This document shows, piece by piece, positions 11,156 to 24,354 of a DNA stretch of 64,000 nucleotides. The number at the start of each line of letters is the position of its first letter. Position 1 is the stretch's first letter. Origin of the DNA: Phoronis australis (Eukaryota > Animalia > Phoronida); the NCBI GenBank assembly GCA_002633005.1, contig NMRA01000378.1, forward strand, positions 62,001 to 126,000, in the 5' to 3' direction. A program made the position numbers and the translations under genes. The notes below the pieces were generated by a model. It searched no databases. It worked only from the letters and a program-made list of their open reading frames with translations, and was not told the DNA's origin.

Positions 11156-12240
11156 TAGAATCACTAGCTGTCCACGTGCAACTGCAGCACAGCTAAAGCT
11201 TTGGCCGGGACCTCCTCCGCTGCACACTAGGTGGCGCAAATACTCGTAGGATAAGAAAACTCGACGCTGTTCGTCAAACTTTAGAAACTCGGCCCTTTTT
11301 ACGGCACATTGTAATTTATTAACAGATTTATATAAATGTTGTCGCCAAGAAGCCCGTTTTCTCAGGGAGCTTGTTCAAAAGTTCTTATATTGTGATTAAT
11401 TACCATATAATAATTTAGCGATGGCTTCACGGTAATGAACCAATAAATACACAAAACGTGCTGAGAGTGGCGTAGATGAAGTAACATCCCAAGAGACATT
11501 ATTCTTCATCGCAGTGAGACATGGTTATTTCAAGAGGTTTACCCTTTTCCGTAAGCCGTTAGTGGGCCCAATATCCCAATATTGGTGAAAATGTGCCTGC
11601 ATTACAATATCAGGAAAGATGTTAAAGACATGGACGGCGCAGCACTGAAATAAGTGGGGTTCTATAGTCCCCAGCCCGCTATGTTGCGCAGCACTGATGT
11701 AAGTGGGAAGTTACAGTCTTCCAGCCCCCTATGGTGAGGGGCCCATGATAGAGGCCTAGAACGCGAACATCAAACTACAATTCATAGCATTATTGAAAGT
11801 GGGTCTCCACCAGTGAAAAAAGGAGTGAGCCCGTTCACCAGGTAGTTTTATGGTTTGTTCGTCAAAATGAATTTCTGTTGATGTCAAAGTATATTTCTCC
11901 TAGTTTTAAATTTCAAAAACTACGTATACACGTATGTCAACCGCTCGTCACTGCATCCATTTTTCTCGCATAAAGTGAAGCCCGTCTCCTTATTTGGTAT
12001 GGCAAGACATACATGTAGTCACGACACATTTTCCTTGACCGGCATTAACGTATAATGTAAACAAAACAAGAGCGATCTGAAGCACACGCCAGTCCGATTA
12101 AAAAGCAATTCACGGAAGTTCTAACTGAAGGTATCGCAGTATTCAAATATATTATCAAATGCATTAGGAATTCTTTTTGGGAAATCGCTTACTTCACTTT
12201 TTGCCTCATACTGTTCTGTCGATTATATATTGTCCGAAGA

Positions 12241-12385
12241 AGGATTTGAACCTCCGACTTCTGAAACTAAACATATTTTGAATCCAGCACCTTAACTACA
12301 ACTCTAAAAAATCACACCATGATGAGTGTACCACATATCCATGCCCGCAGGAACACCTGGCGATGGCCGGAGAATAGACAGACCG
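12241..12385. mobile_element. Rearranged copy of the tRNA-derived SINE (head inverted relative to body)
   Basis: 12241-12300 is the reverse complement of the head at ~1525-1583, whereas 12306-12385 matches the body at ~1595-1680 on the + strand. Confidence 0.6.
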
Positions 12386-13054
12386 AAACGTCGTGACTGT
12401 GGAAGTAGTCAAGAGGTCGGTGTGATAGTGGCATGATATACAAAGAATTTTCCGCTAAGGGAGACTCCGACAAGCTCCCATTTTCGATTGGATTCAACAT
12501 GTCTCTGCACTCATCAGAGGTCATTTTCGTTATTTTTGCATCTGCCTCCCTATCCTACAAAGTGTGTTCCTATTGAGATGGTCACGACTGGCCTAGGTTT
12601 TCTGATGGGCCACGCCTCTATACTAGCTTCCCGAGTGCCTTTTTTGCCTGTGCCGCAAGATCTACCAACTTCTTTACATTTTTAAGATTTGGTGTATGCG
12701 CTCCAACTGAGGAGAGCATGCTCAGAATTAAATTCGGGACATGTCTGACTACTGTGGCATCCTCTGGTGGCATTTTATGGTTTTCATGTGGTTCTACACC
12801 TACCAGCTTTATTCAAGCATGAAATTTGGTAATTAGATGTCACAGAAACGGCAGCGAAAGCCTTGCTGTGCCCGCTAGTGTTATTTTTATTTTATAATTA
12901 TTGGGGACAAATAAAACAACAAGAATAATAAATATTTTAAGTTGTATTGGGAATTTCAGGGTCACAGCTCTACAAATAAATATTTCACAGAAGGAACCAG
13001 ACGTGTTCCTTAATTACAAGAGATAACACACACATTTCCAATACCCAAAGTGTA

Positions 13055-13255
13055 ATTGAGTATCGGATACTAAGTGGTACAGGTTAGCATAGTACCAAAT
13101 GGGTACATAATACTAAATGGGTATTGGCCGATTGCTTACCGAGGGTCGAGCAAAGCGGCAAATTCAATAACGATGTACCAAGTGGGTACAAACTGCCAAA
13201 TGGGCAAATATCATATAAAGTACCAAGTGGGTGCACCAAACAGCCAACTGGGCTA
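13055..13255. repeat. Degenerate short repeats of gtaccaa(a/g)tgggtaca
   Basis: About six copies of ccaa(a/g/c)tggg with gtac flanks. Confidence 0.5.
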
Positions 13256-15025
13256 TAACAACCTGCAAAGCAGGTTCCGGACAAGTTGAGTGAGCAGACC
13301 AGCCGGAGTGATAAAGAGATTTTGTAAGGAACGTGGTGCTGTGGCTCAGTATGTGCCACATGGGCAGGGTTGTTCATGGATGAACAATCCTGTCCACCGT
13401 TGAACACCCCAAGTTAAAAACATACCGGTAGTTGTGCAGACACGGGTGCATTTTATGGCTCTGCGTTGCTTTTGCTTTTACATGACAAAAAACTGTAAGG
13501 TGATGTGATGAGATGGTTTCTTTTTTACTTCTTTTGATCACAATTTCGCACATTTGTTACCCCGAGATTCCACTCTGTCAATCACTTTTAAGTTTGTGAA
13601 CTAATTTGTCCTGTTCAAACCTTGACTGATCACAGCCAAAGGCAAAGGCTGCTGGTTACAAAATTCCTATGAAATAATAACTGTACAAACATATCTTTTT
13701 GTGTGTTCCAAGTCTGAGTTTCCATTGATATTAAAAGATAAGACACGTAACTTCACCATGATATTCTTCCTGATACCTCACTCAAAATAATTGAGTTTCT
13801 TGTAGGCTGTCTGAATTCCAGATTTTGAAAAGGTCAATAGCAATGACAGTGCTTTAAGCGTATTTTAATAACTGGTATAAAAGTCATCGACCTTGTTGCA
13901 GTGAATGGCTGGCAGACAAAGGAAGTTCTGTCGATTGGTAATAAAAACAGCAAAAACACAATAGACTTCGTTGAATTATAGCCAAGTCAATCCCCGCTAA
14001 CGTTATCAAATAAGCCGTTTCGGCCGTAAACACCATAATGTCCCCAATGAATAACATTAAGCGTAGATGCATAAACTGTCACTTTAAATCATTGAGGGTC
14101 TCATAATTTGATGTGCTCACACATGATGGCGTTTCTTCACGGGAGTCGCAATATCTTTCACCAGCAAATATAATTTTTGGGACGAAACCTGTAAAAGTTC
14201 AGCTTCTTTATGATTTGAATTCATATAGAAGTCTGGGATATTCTCATGCATGACGTACATGTACATGTCATCGACAAATCTTTGTATTTAGCCAAAAATT
14301 TACCAAGTTGTAGACTTGAAATGAGTAAAACTTTACACATTTCGAAAAGAGGAAGCATGGAAATTTTGGTTTTTTAAATTTATTTCAATCTGTCGTAAAT
14401 TAGGTCACGTGTCTTTATCAAAATGTAACAAAAAGAAAGGAATGTCGTAGCAAAATTGTATTCAGTAACAGGAAGGAATGTCAAAAACCCTGCCAAAGTT
14501 TTTTTATCTCCAAAAGTGGATCACACACGGTTTGGCAAACAACATGCATGTAGACGCAATTTTAGATGCGTCTGAACGAAACTCTTTATACGTGTAGGTA
14601 CTGTTTCTGCAACTACACCAAACTAACGAAAGTAGGCAGCGTATTAGACGTCTTCGGTGTAACTACATGATAGCGACTCCAAGGAGGTCACCACCATGAG
14701 TCGCCAACTAATATCGGGAATGATTATGTGGCAAGTTGACTGTCGTTTGACTGGTTTCATGGCAGTAGGACTCTGCTAAGTGCCTCTGAACTTCTGTCAG
14801 TTTGTACCAGAAACCTGTGAATTAGGTACTTCGTAAGAACATGTACTTTCCCCTAGCAACTACTGTAGGTTCCGCGCCTTCCAGTGGTACTCTACGTTTA
14901 AAATTGAATGCCACCCGATTTACTTAGTTTTTTACCGTTTTAATCGGTATACATGTATATCCACATCACTTCGTATACAGTCGATCTCACCTCGTCGAAA
15001 GATGTCGCGTTAACCTGTAAGGAAG

Positions 15026-15250
15026 GTGAGTACACGAAGCAGCGACGTCAGTGGTTCTTACTGTAAGCCATGTGTGTGCGGACATGGTGTGGCGTATTGT
15101 TCCCGCTTGTGTGAACCACTGATGAAGCAGTGTGGAAAGCGGGTATATCGCTTTTTTCGATTTCCTCGAGAACCCGAAATGCTTTGGAAGTGGTTCCCAG
15201 CAGTAAAGAACGAAAAGTTCGCCATTAATACCAAGTATGAGACCGTGAAA
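15026..15250 (+). pseudogene. THAP-domain-like fragment of a DNA transposon
   Basis: Cys-rich start followed by YRFFRFPREPEMLWKWFPAVKNEKF, matching THAP F..FP......W...V. The terminal C..HF is missing. Confidence 0.5.
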
Positions 15251-15279
15251 TACATGTTTCTCCTTATCTATGGCCGGGA

Positions 15280-17470
15280 CTATCCTGTTTCAAAATGAAT
15301 TATTCTCACCTTAACCAATGTTTACATAAAATTGAAACAAAGTGCCAAAGTATGTCTAAGTAGATGCAATTTGTAATGGCATAGGAGTGTTCGTGCTTGC
15401 AAATGTTTTGAGGAATCGACAATCACGGAATAAATCATACTGCGTTATAGGCGTCAGATGTAAATTGACCGACTTGTGGGCGCATGCTAATTATGTGTTT
15501 GCTGACAGAAAGCTGCTGTGCTATGATCAGATGTTAGGGTAATCTTTATTTGGATATACATGTGTGTGTGTGTGTGTATTTATCCCAGGCGCGTTGAATC
15601 TGTCGAGGGAAATACGGACATGTAATAATGTTTTCCGTATTCACCTCCCGCACTACTTCAACAGTGATCTCTGACATTGAAGGTTTAAAAGGTAGGTCAA
15701 TGTCGATTCGACGTCGTTAGCCGGTTAGATCATCAAACTTTCGGCAAGTAGTTTAAATACAATTGTAGCAGTATAAATACCACTCAACATGCAACCAAGT
15801 CTCAATCGTAACATCTGGAACAGGACTGTTAATTATATTACAGTTCTGTCTCAGTTTTCAATTTCTATACAGTACACTGACAAGGCCTATGTATTAGACA
15901 CCGGTGCCCTAAAGTCGTGAATATAAGCTAAAAAGCAGCTGATTGTCATACTACCCAATGTCCTTTAGCAACTGCTCATGCGACGTCATGGACATATATC
16001 AGCCTTCACAAATATACGTGTTTTGCCAATCTTAACCCTTGCAACTCAGGCACTGATTCCTCGACAATATCAAACATTGTTGTCACTGGCCATGACAGCA
16101 CCCCGATACTATCGGCGACAGTATTACACGAGCAACAACGACGACCGCCCCAGCAACACATGAATTTTTCCACGCTACAGAATTCGTATCCAGCCAGCTA
16201 GCTGTATGAACAGACTGTCGTATATTTAGTTTACAGCTTTCTACCAAGGCTACAGAATCCGTAGAAATGCGACAACGTATCTGCAACAACGCATCAACAG
16301 GCATATTCGCCGGAGCTGTCATCAACGACAACAGTGGCACTTTTGATATCTTCGAGAAAAAAATGGACGACGTGTAGGTTACGCGCTCCGGTCAATGACC
16401 TAGTTTCATGAATGAGTGCACTCGATGAGGATTTTTCAATGTTATGAATATTCTTGTTATTTTTTTTCGAAATATGATACAAGTTCAATGCACAATAACT
16501 GTCGTTTTCACACTTTTTATCAATTTTAAGTAATAAACCGTTACATTTAAAGTGTTTTCTTTTACTATAGTAAGTTAGCTTTTAAAAATGTCAAAGGATA
16601 TCAACCATGTTCATAAACTTTAGCCAGAGACTGCTGGTTCGACTTTGCAGAGACAACTCTGATTTTATGTTATTTTTGATTATGGAGAATTGTAGTTGGC
16701 CATGAAAACATAAACATTACAATTAATTTAAGGCGTGAGAACATAACGTTTTAGTATAACCTGCTTGATGACTGACTCGTTCGTTAGGCTTTTGTTTGGT
16801 CCTCCGGGTGAATAGGATGTTTTCTCCACTCAGCCCTAAAAAAAATGTCGTACGCACACCTTCTTTAAACGCGGTTCAAAACCAGGGTGGTTCGCGAGAC
16901 GCATTTGCGCTTCTCCAAGAATTCGTTTCACTTGCAGATTTCGTGGCAGCCAAAGGCAAGTGTCAGTCGTTCCATTATCATGCAGTTAGCTCACTGACAC
17001 CATGACAAGTCATTCGGTTTTCGGTACTATTCATATGTTCCGTCTGGTGCACGTCCACGGAGTCTCTCTATTATTTCTTGATCAGTGTATTCCTTTAAAC
17101 CTAACAATCGACCGGTGAAGTCTTCGTCGAATGAGCACTCACCTAAGTCGGGATTGCGAGTTGCCAGGTTGACGTTGATATTGTGTGTTCAGTCTGTTTC
17201 AAAATTAATTATTGTCACTCTAACCAATGCTTATATCAAACTGTAACAACGTCTGTCTCATTAGATGATTGCCAATGTTTTGAGAAGCCAGCAATGAATA
17301 AATCACTGCGTTACTGGCTTTAGATGCAATAAACCGCCTAATTGACCGGGCACCGAGGACGTGTGAGCGCATGCTAATCCAGTGTTTGCTGACAGAAAGC
17401 TGTTGTGAAACAATAACTCCATTTTGTACCCTATGGTCAGATGTTTGGGGAATCTTTATTTAGATATTCA
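15280..17470 (+). repeat. Diverged ~280-bp direct repeats (15280-15560 and 17190-17470)
   Basis: Shared tttcaaaat.aattatt, taaccaatg, gcgcatgctaat..gtgtttgctgacagaaagctg and aatctttattt.gatat. Confidence 0.65.
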
Positions 17471-18985
17471 TATACATTATTTGAATCATTGTTTCTGTAA
17501 ATTTTTTTGCCCTGTCGGTTCTGTGGAAATGTAACTTGACTTCGCGGACGCCGACGAGCTAGTAAGTATATTTGCAGTTTCGCGGCAAGTTCACCAAAAT
17601 GACCAGTGTGCACATTTTTTCATTGCCCCACTTGTATAGTCTTTTCGTGACTGGAAGCTTAGTTTACAACTTTGGGTGGTTTATGTTCGTGATGTCTTCA
17701 GTCCGGCCGCGATGGGCCTGACCGGGGTCCGAGCCACTGGCCGGGATAACAAGCGTTTTGTGTGTTTAGAACTGAAAAAAATCGTAAGTGTAAATTACAA
17801 CACGCAGCTACCTCGGTATTTTCTCCTGTCTGTATTTTGCAGACTAATAATTTGAATTAATCATCAAACAGACCCCATACTCCCGCGACCGGCCTTGCGA
17901 TAAATTGGCCTTCCGAACTTTGTAGGCTACGGTACCCTACGTTCAAGTACCTAAAAATCCGTCACAGCGAAATAAAACTAACACGTTTAATAACTCGATG
18001 TAATTTTAAGGGTTTTACATCGAACTTTGGTGATTTATTGGTGTAAAACGATGAATTCAGGCGATTAGCTGACACCAGTAAGCGTGTTGTAACCTGCTGA
18101 ACACACTGCATTAGAACCTCTGACGTCATTGGTTAATTTCAACGCCTCCGTCTGCCGTCAGGTGCTAGCCAAAAGAGCTGAACTTGCTGTTGTCGAGTAG
18201 AACTACTCGGTCTAAATTGATACAAAATAGGTTTGTTTTGGGTAGTATTCTCCTTTAACATACTTAACATTACTGCTACTTGTGATTCATTGCCCCAATT
18301 CGGTAAAATCGATGTCGCAAATTTTGTGAAACTGAATTATCGACAGTCAGATACTGTATGAGATCGCATGGGAGCAAACACGGTTCTGGAAAAGAAAATA
18401 TTCTAGTAACGCCTAAAATTGCCTAGATGGCGTCCAGAGAGGTCCTTCTAAAACGATGTTTCGGTGAATGTTAAAGAAAGTTAGGTAATTTATACAAATC
18501 TTCATAACACACTTCCCAATTGCAAAACCTAGATGGGCTGGCCCGTGTGTGTGCACGAAGTGAATGTCTCGAGCTTTGGTGTTTAATTTTCTGCTTTTTC
18601 CGCAATAAATCTCGGTTACGGATTCAGAACCTAGATCAAGTGATATTTTTTAATTTTTTAACCGTCCAGTTGCGCCTTGCTCAGAGACACTTTTTAAAGA
18701 TGTTGGATTTGGGCCAAATTAGCAGTACAAAATTGAAAACGATAACATTGTACGATGTCCAAGGTTTCGAAAGAAAATAACTGATGTTCATTGAATTTTA
18801 TACAATCGTGTATTAATAAAGTCAAATCGGATACGGGTAACATAGAATGCGGGGCTGGGAGACAAAAACTCGTTCATCAGTATGCTGAGTGAACCTTGGT
18901 TTTACGTTTGCAGTTTGTTAAACAGTCAATTAGTCTACATGGAATTCGTCTCTGAAACTCCCTGTTGTACAAATCACACGTAACG

Positions 18986-20286
18986 TCAACCACATTGATC
19001 CGTTGACGCTCTATCTACAGCAGTGCACTCTAGCCCAACGTCAAAAAATGCCAGAGCAACGTCTTTTTCAGAATATCGCTGAGATTTTGCCGCGTCCAAC
19101 ACGCCACAGACAGCCTTTGCCATCCCCGTACATCTCTTCCACGACATGACATTAGCCAGCCAAAACACTACGTATGCTCTCTTAACACCCCACCCCGTTT
19201 TAGTAGCCAATTTGTAAAAGGCTCTGTTAAAAATTCCAGAAGTGTAGTGGATATCTACGGAATCTGAATAATCCCGGAAGTGGGATTTCGATTTGCCGTC
19301 GATTCCTGGCGTGTCGAAATAACGCAATGCATCCAAAACGCCACCTTTCTTTATCGACCGAGCGACTTTCCAGTCAACTTTTCCGTTTAAGTAAAATTCC
19401 AATGCTTCTCCCGAGATATCTGCGAAAGATTCCGAAATTGCACCAGATTGTAACCGATTTTGTAAGCGAGAAGTTTCCAATATAAATGCGTGTGCCATTT
19501 CGTGACCAACGACGTTTTCATCAGTCATAGGATGGAAAACTGTGTGGCCGTCCCCCAGGAAAACAGACTTTGAAGGAGGGTCGTAACGTGCAATGTCAAG
19601 CTTGTCGCCAAAATGAACCCTAATGGTCATTGGGGGGCTCAGCACAACTCCTCTTTCAAACCACGCCTGGAACATTTCAAACATTTTTGTCCCATGGTAA
19701 TGGGCGTCGTTGATTGGTGACCTACCACCATTTATTGCGTCCGTGCTGCCTGTAGCGCACGAATACGTGTGCGGCAAGATGTTGCTCGTCTCCGACGTGA
19801 ACTTGTTGTGGACGAGGACTACTTTCGAATTCGACATGACGCACTGTAACGCTTGGCCCTCTGACACGTCTAGGAAACCTTTGTGCTGCCCAAAATAATA
19901 CTCCCCAATCTTGTCATTGCCCCCTATTCCTATTGCGTTTAATCTCAAACCACTTTCTCTCCACAGGCTAAGGACAGTACTTGTCTCTGCGTCAACCCAA
20001 ACGGTATACAAGAAAGTATCAACAATCACCCTACGTTCCCTAATAATCCCACAAATCTGAATTTCGTAATATTGCCGAACAACCGAGTCATTGCGCACAT
20101 CTATCGATAACTTGAAGTCAGTCACTTTCCTCACATAAGGTCGCCGTAGACCCATCGTCAGCAGATTTACCACAGCATGTTTAGCGGCTTTTTTGGCCTT
20201 GTGACGCGGTGGTAATTCAGATTTTGGCCTGAGATGCTGGATGCCTACGAACAAGGTACCGTACACGTTGTCTGTTAAAATTTGTC
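18986..20286 (-). CDS. M4 protease copy 2 terminal exon (PepSY-like region plus catalytic domain)
   Basis: Acceptor tatgtttcag|GACAAATT, HExxH, stop at 18986. Confidence 0.92.
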
Positions 20287-23200
20287 CTGAAACATAAATG
20301 TTCATATGACTCAAAATAATTTCGCAAAATCCTTTGTTTCTATGTACCAAACTAAAAAAGTATCGTAAGTGTAGATGTAAAGCTCGAAAAGTAGAATTCA
20401 GATTCTAAAAGATAGCTTTAATACTGTGGTCAAAAAAGCACACTAGATTTTAGAAAGTCATCCACTGATCCACACCAACCATAACACACAGAACAAAATT
20501 TTGTATTGAATTAGAACACAAATGACAAAAACTATTCGATAGAGTACACAGATTAGACTTCAGGCTTTACATACGATTTGCTACTGTGCGAATAAATCTA
20601 CACTGAAATGGTGCCCTATAGTCGCTGCAGTAACAGTTCTGCACATTTCAAAATAATATTATTACTTTGAAACTGTATGGCTCAATAAACAGGTCTATAC
20701 TACAATAGAGGTGTATATGTATTTCTCATCAATCAGGACCTTACTGGAACTGTGAAACTATGTAAGTCAACAAATAGGACTGAATTTTTGAAGTGAAACA
20801 AACGGGGTTTTACTTGGACAATACAACCGTACTGTAGGACTCAGCAAACAGAACATTAGTTGGACAGTGCTTGGGAAGCTGTTTGTTACAAACAGGACTT
20901 TACTTGGAGAGTGAAACCGAATGTCTCAACAAACATCTCGCAAGAAATTAAATGTAACTTGTTAAATGCATTTATCGTCATTATTTTGACATTTGTCTCT
21001 TTAGTTTGATACTAACCCTTAGGGTTTATTTTGCATTACTCATCTCTATTTATAGCCTCAAGGGCCTACTTTTGTATTCATACAAGTCTCTACGCGACAC
21101 CTGATTGGTCGCCCATATTTCCTTTGTTCAGTTCAGCCTGGTCTCTCTCATTCAGCCACCTACCTTGTCGTCTACAAGACCTACGTTCGTTCTCTGCGTT
21201 TTTCCCCCACCCCCCATACCGGGTGTCGGTTCCACTTTCTCTTTTCTCCTAAACATTTCCTGTTAGGTTTTTTCAATTTTTGTGTTCATGTTCTGTACTT
21301 TTCCTTTACGCCCTTCAGGCAGTTCTTTTGTTTTGGTTCCCTCTTTCAGGGCTATTCATTGTACACGCCGGTGGGTGTTTTGTCCATGCCCATCTTGCAG
21401 AGTCTTAGTTAGTTTTATCTATTTACGTCATAATAAATGACATTATTCNTGACTCACAATAGAAGCCTGATAAGAGTGAAGGTGGATAAATGCGGTGTTC
21501 CTACAGTTTCTTGTTTTAGTGGATGTGTTCACGACATGTCCATGCCCATCTTGCAGAGTCTTAGTTAGTTTTATCTATTTACGTCATAATAAATAACATT
21601 ATTCGCAATCCTCCTCTGGTTTTACTCTGCAACATAGCTCGTGGCTTACCCCGGGCAAAATAGATTACGATAAATAAGACTTTACTAATTGGGCAGTAAA
21701 ACTGCATGTGCCAACAAACGTTTCTTTAGAAACGAGACCTTACTTGGACAGTGAAACTGTATCTCGTAATCTTCACACCTCTTCCTTTTTTTCTGGTCCT
21801 TATTCAAGCAAACAATGCCATCGACCGGGCTACATTTTATGGCCAGTAGATTTGGAGGAATCCCGGTGTCAGCGGTGAATTCGCAACATTTTTTCCCCTT
21901 AACACGACACACAGCGTAATCTGGCGTACCTCCATTACAAACGTTGATGCCACTTCGCTGAAATGATGCAATTGTTGCATACATGAAGAAACTATAGCAT
22001 TGTTATTTTGCTGGTTCTAACTTGAGGCAAATGAAGTAAAATGTGACTGCTAGTTACAGCTAAATGAGTGCATATTATAGGGAAGAACTTGTAGCCCCCA
22101 GACACAATATATAGTCATTAAATAAAATCGCCACGTTTCAAGATTTCAATTGATTAAATAAAGGCGAACTTCATTTCTATTTGTTAATACATGTAAGTCA
22201 ATTCAGAAAATAATCGAGATCACCGGAACTTTAGCACAGAGAATACTTTTGAAGGATGATTCTCTTGACTGCCTAAAAGGCTCGCACAAGACAGTGGATT
22301 GTACACCATTGATAGTTCTAAGAGAAACTATCTTTGTTTAGGCAATAGTCAGTCAAGAGTAGAAATGATTCCATGACAGAAATGCACTGTCCAACCACGG
22401 TTGTCGTTACGACGCCAAAGCCGGCAAAGTCCGTCAAACGAAATTGACGTAAGTAGGTAGACTGTAACATACAGTGGGTACCTCGAGAGTAACCACTGAG
22501 CTTGTTTTAACCCTCTTGAAGAAAAGTTTGTATTGGTCAGAATAAGAATAGATTTCAACGGAAACGTGTAAACAGGAAATATAACAAGAAACTTTGGAAA
22601 CTGTAGGCCTCTTCTTGCATGGGGTGAATCGTCCGAGTACCGTGATAACAATTATCTAATTTCCTCAACGGGCCAACTCTCTCTGAATGATATAAAAATA
22701 TACTATTTGTGGAAATAAATCGGAGACATCTTACTTGCATATCTGGTATTCTTTCAAAGTCTCCAAATCCATCTGGTGTATCTATACTCGTGAAGTTGGT
22801 CCAGTAGCCTACGTGGGAAGAAAATCAGGTTATAATCCATAGTCAGTCCCGAGTAAAATACCTGCGTCACAACCTCGTTACGAGAGCTGAAAATGCGACC
22901 AAGGTTGTCAAAATAAAGTTCACTTATTATGACAGAACAAAAACACAATAAATGTTTGTGAAACTAAGATAAAATCAGTAAAATATAATAATGTCTGGTA
23001 AGATCAGCAATAAAAAACCCACACAGAGTTACAAGGTTGTGACAAAAGTGACGTGAGGTAGTGGGCAATCGAGTAACACTGAAATGTTTAGACACGTGCG
23101 TCTGTGTAGCTGACACAAGACAATAGAACTGAAACATGTAAAAGCAAACAAAAGACATGTTACAGAATTGAGGAAAAAGGGGGTACAAGGGAAAGGAACT

Positions 23201-24354
23201 CATATGTTCATATCAATCTATTGAAAAAGGGAAATAATATATGTTGCACTTGCGCTGTACATTAATGCACGTACAGGAAATTCTCTGTCGTTCCAAATGG
23301 TTTGATGGTCGCTTACGGAAACGGAAATACATCTTCCAATACACTGATCAGGGAAAATACTTACAAATTATTTTCATTTTAATATCTTATTTCTGTACAT
23401 ACAACAACATTCACCAATTGGTCACCGTAATTTTATGTACCGTTGTCATAACAATTGTGACGTTTCACAATTTCCCAACGTGTACATGTACCTTTTCGCA
23501 TTGACACGAATATTGAAGCGTCCTCCACTCTCGTGTCTAGGTAGTATTGGTGAGCTCGGCACCACGTCTGATTATTCAGGACTATGTCCTCGCTAAGCTT
23601 CACTGTGTTGTTCAGTCCAAGGTCGAAGTAGTCGTTAGGATCGGGCGACACAACATTCTTCTTTATGAGTGACGCCGCACTGCGACTGCGGGCGGGGATA
23701 TGGTATTTCAAGGCCCTCGCAGGCAACCCACCTGCAACATGACCACTAATTTAAATAGAGTGTGTTTTCATTCGACCGTATGCACTGCAGGGACAACTTT
23801 TGCTTGTTCAAAAAGCAAAAATGCGCACGTAAAACTGCCAAGCGATGTAACATCACTCCGCGTGTTCAGCTTAATTGCATAACAGGGAGCCAATACATAA
23901 ATGAAATCAAACAGGTGCTTACTGTTTATTGTTTCTTTATTTTTTGTGTCGAGTACTTGTAAACGTTCAAATTGGGATTGAGATTTACTCATGCTCTAAC
24001 ATTCCTGTTTAGTAAACGCTCTTTTGCGGCAAACCCACCAACGCATCATCAGCACAGCTGAGAACGTTAGGGGTTCAGTGATACAATACATACCAATGAA
24101 CTAAGTTGCTTTGTTACCCCCACTTCTATGCTCTTTATCAAACCTCCATTCACACCAGTGAGTGAATACAAGAACCAGTAAACTGAACACACGAGTTCAC
24201 TGAACTGTTTCTACTTCGGAAAGGTAGCCGTCGATGCTCCACGGCAAGCTCTAGCTGGTGCAACGGCGTCTCATTGTGCACAGTATTTCTTCTTTGCAAA
24301 TATCTTCGCCTACTTACACGTTAACAAAATGTATACGCAGACTGCACGCGCCAT
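18986..24354 (-). CDS. Secreted M4 zinc metalloprotease, copy 2. Exons 24318-24354, 23492-23731, [22735-22808, 21744-21957], 18986-20286
   Basis: Same exon sizes (37/240/74/214/1301 nt), GT-AG sites and motifs as copy 1. Starts MARAVCVYILLTCGLPARA; has HEMAH, GAISESFAD and VHYTSG; no stops. Confidence 0.85.
21744..21957 (-). CDS. WxxW domain, C-terminal exon, copy 2
   Basis: catttcag|CGA AGT GGC...CCAA|gtaagg; six conserved Cys; CEDYEIQFHCP. Confidence 0.8.
22735..22808 (-). CDS. WxxW domain, N-terminal exon, copy 2
   Basis: acgtag|GC TAC TGG...ATG CAA|gtaaga; encodes GYWTNFTSIDTPDGFGDFERIPDMQ. Confidence 0.75.
23492..23731 (-). CDS. M4 protease copy 2, FTP propeptide exon
   Basis: gttgcag|GTGGG...CGAAAAG|gtacat; 240 nt. 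Confidence 0.8.
24318..24354 (-). CDS. M4 protease copy 2, first coding exon (signal peptide)
   Basis: MARAVCVYILLT followed by T|gtaagt. Confidence 0.75.

Larger units (their letters stand above)
11490..14260 (-). pseudogene. Decayed coding-like segment, partly duplicated at 44707-45400 and 53670-54605
   Basis: Clear direct similarity of 11490-12210 to 44707-45400, and of 12450-13860 to 53670-54605. Minus-strand frames give protein-like fragments broken by stops and frameshifts. Product not identified. Confidence 0.35.

Noticed and set aside
13700-13770. KLRVLSFNING resembling a LINE endonuclease start
   Set aside because: No downstream endonuclease or RT motifs, and the paralogous segment does not keep it.
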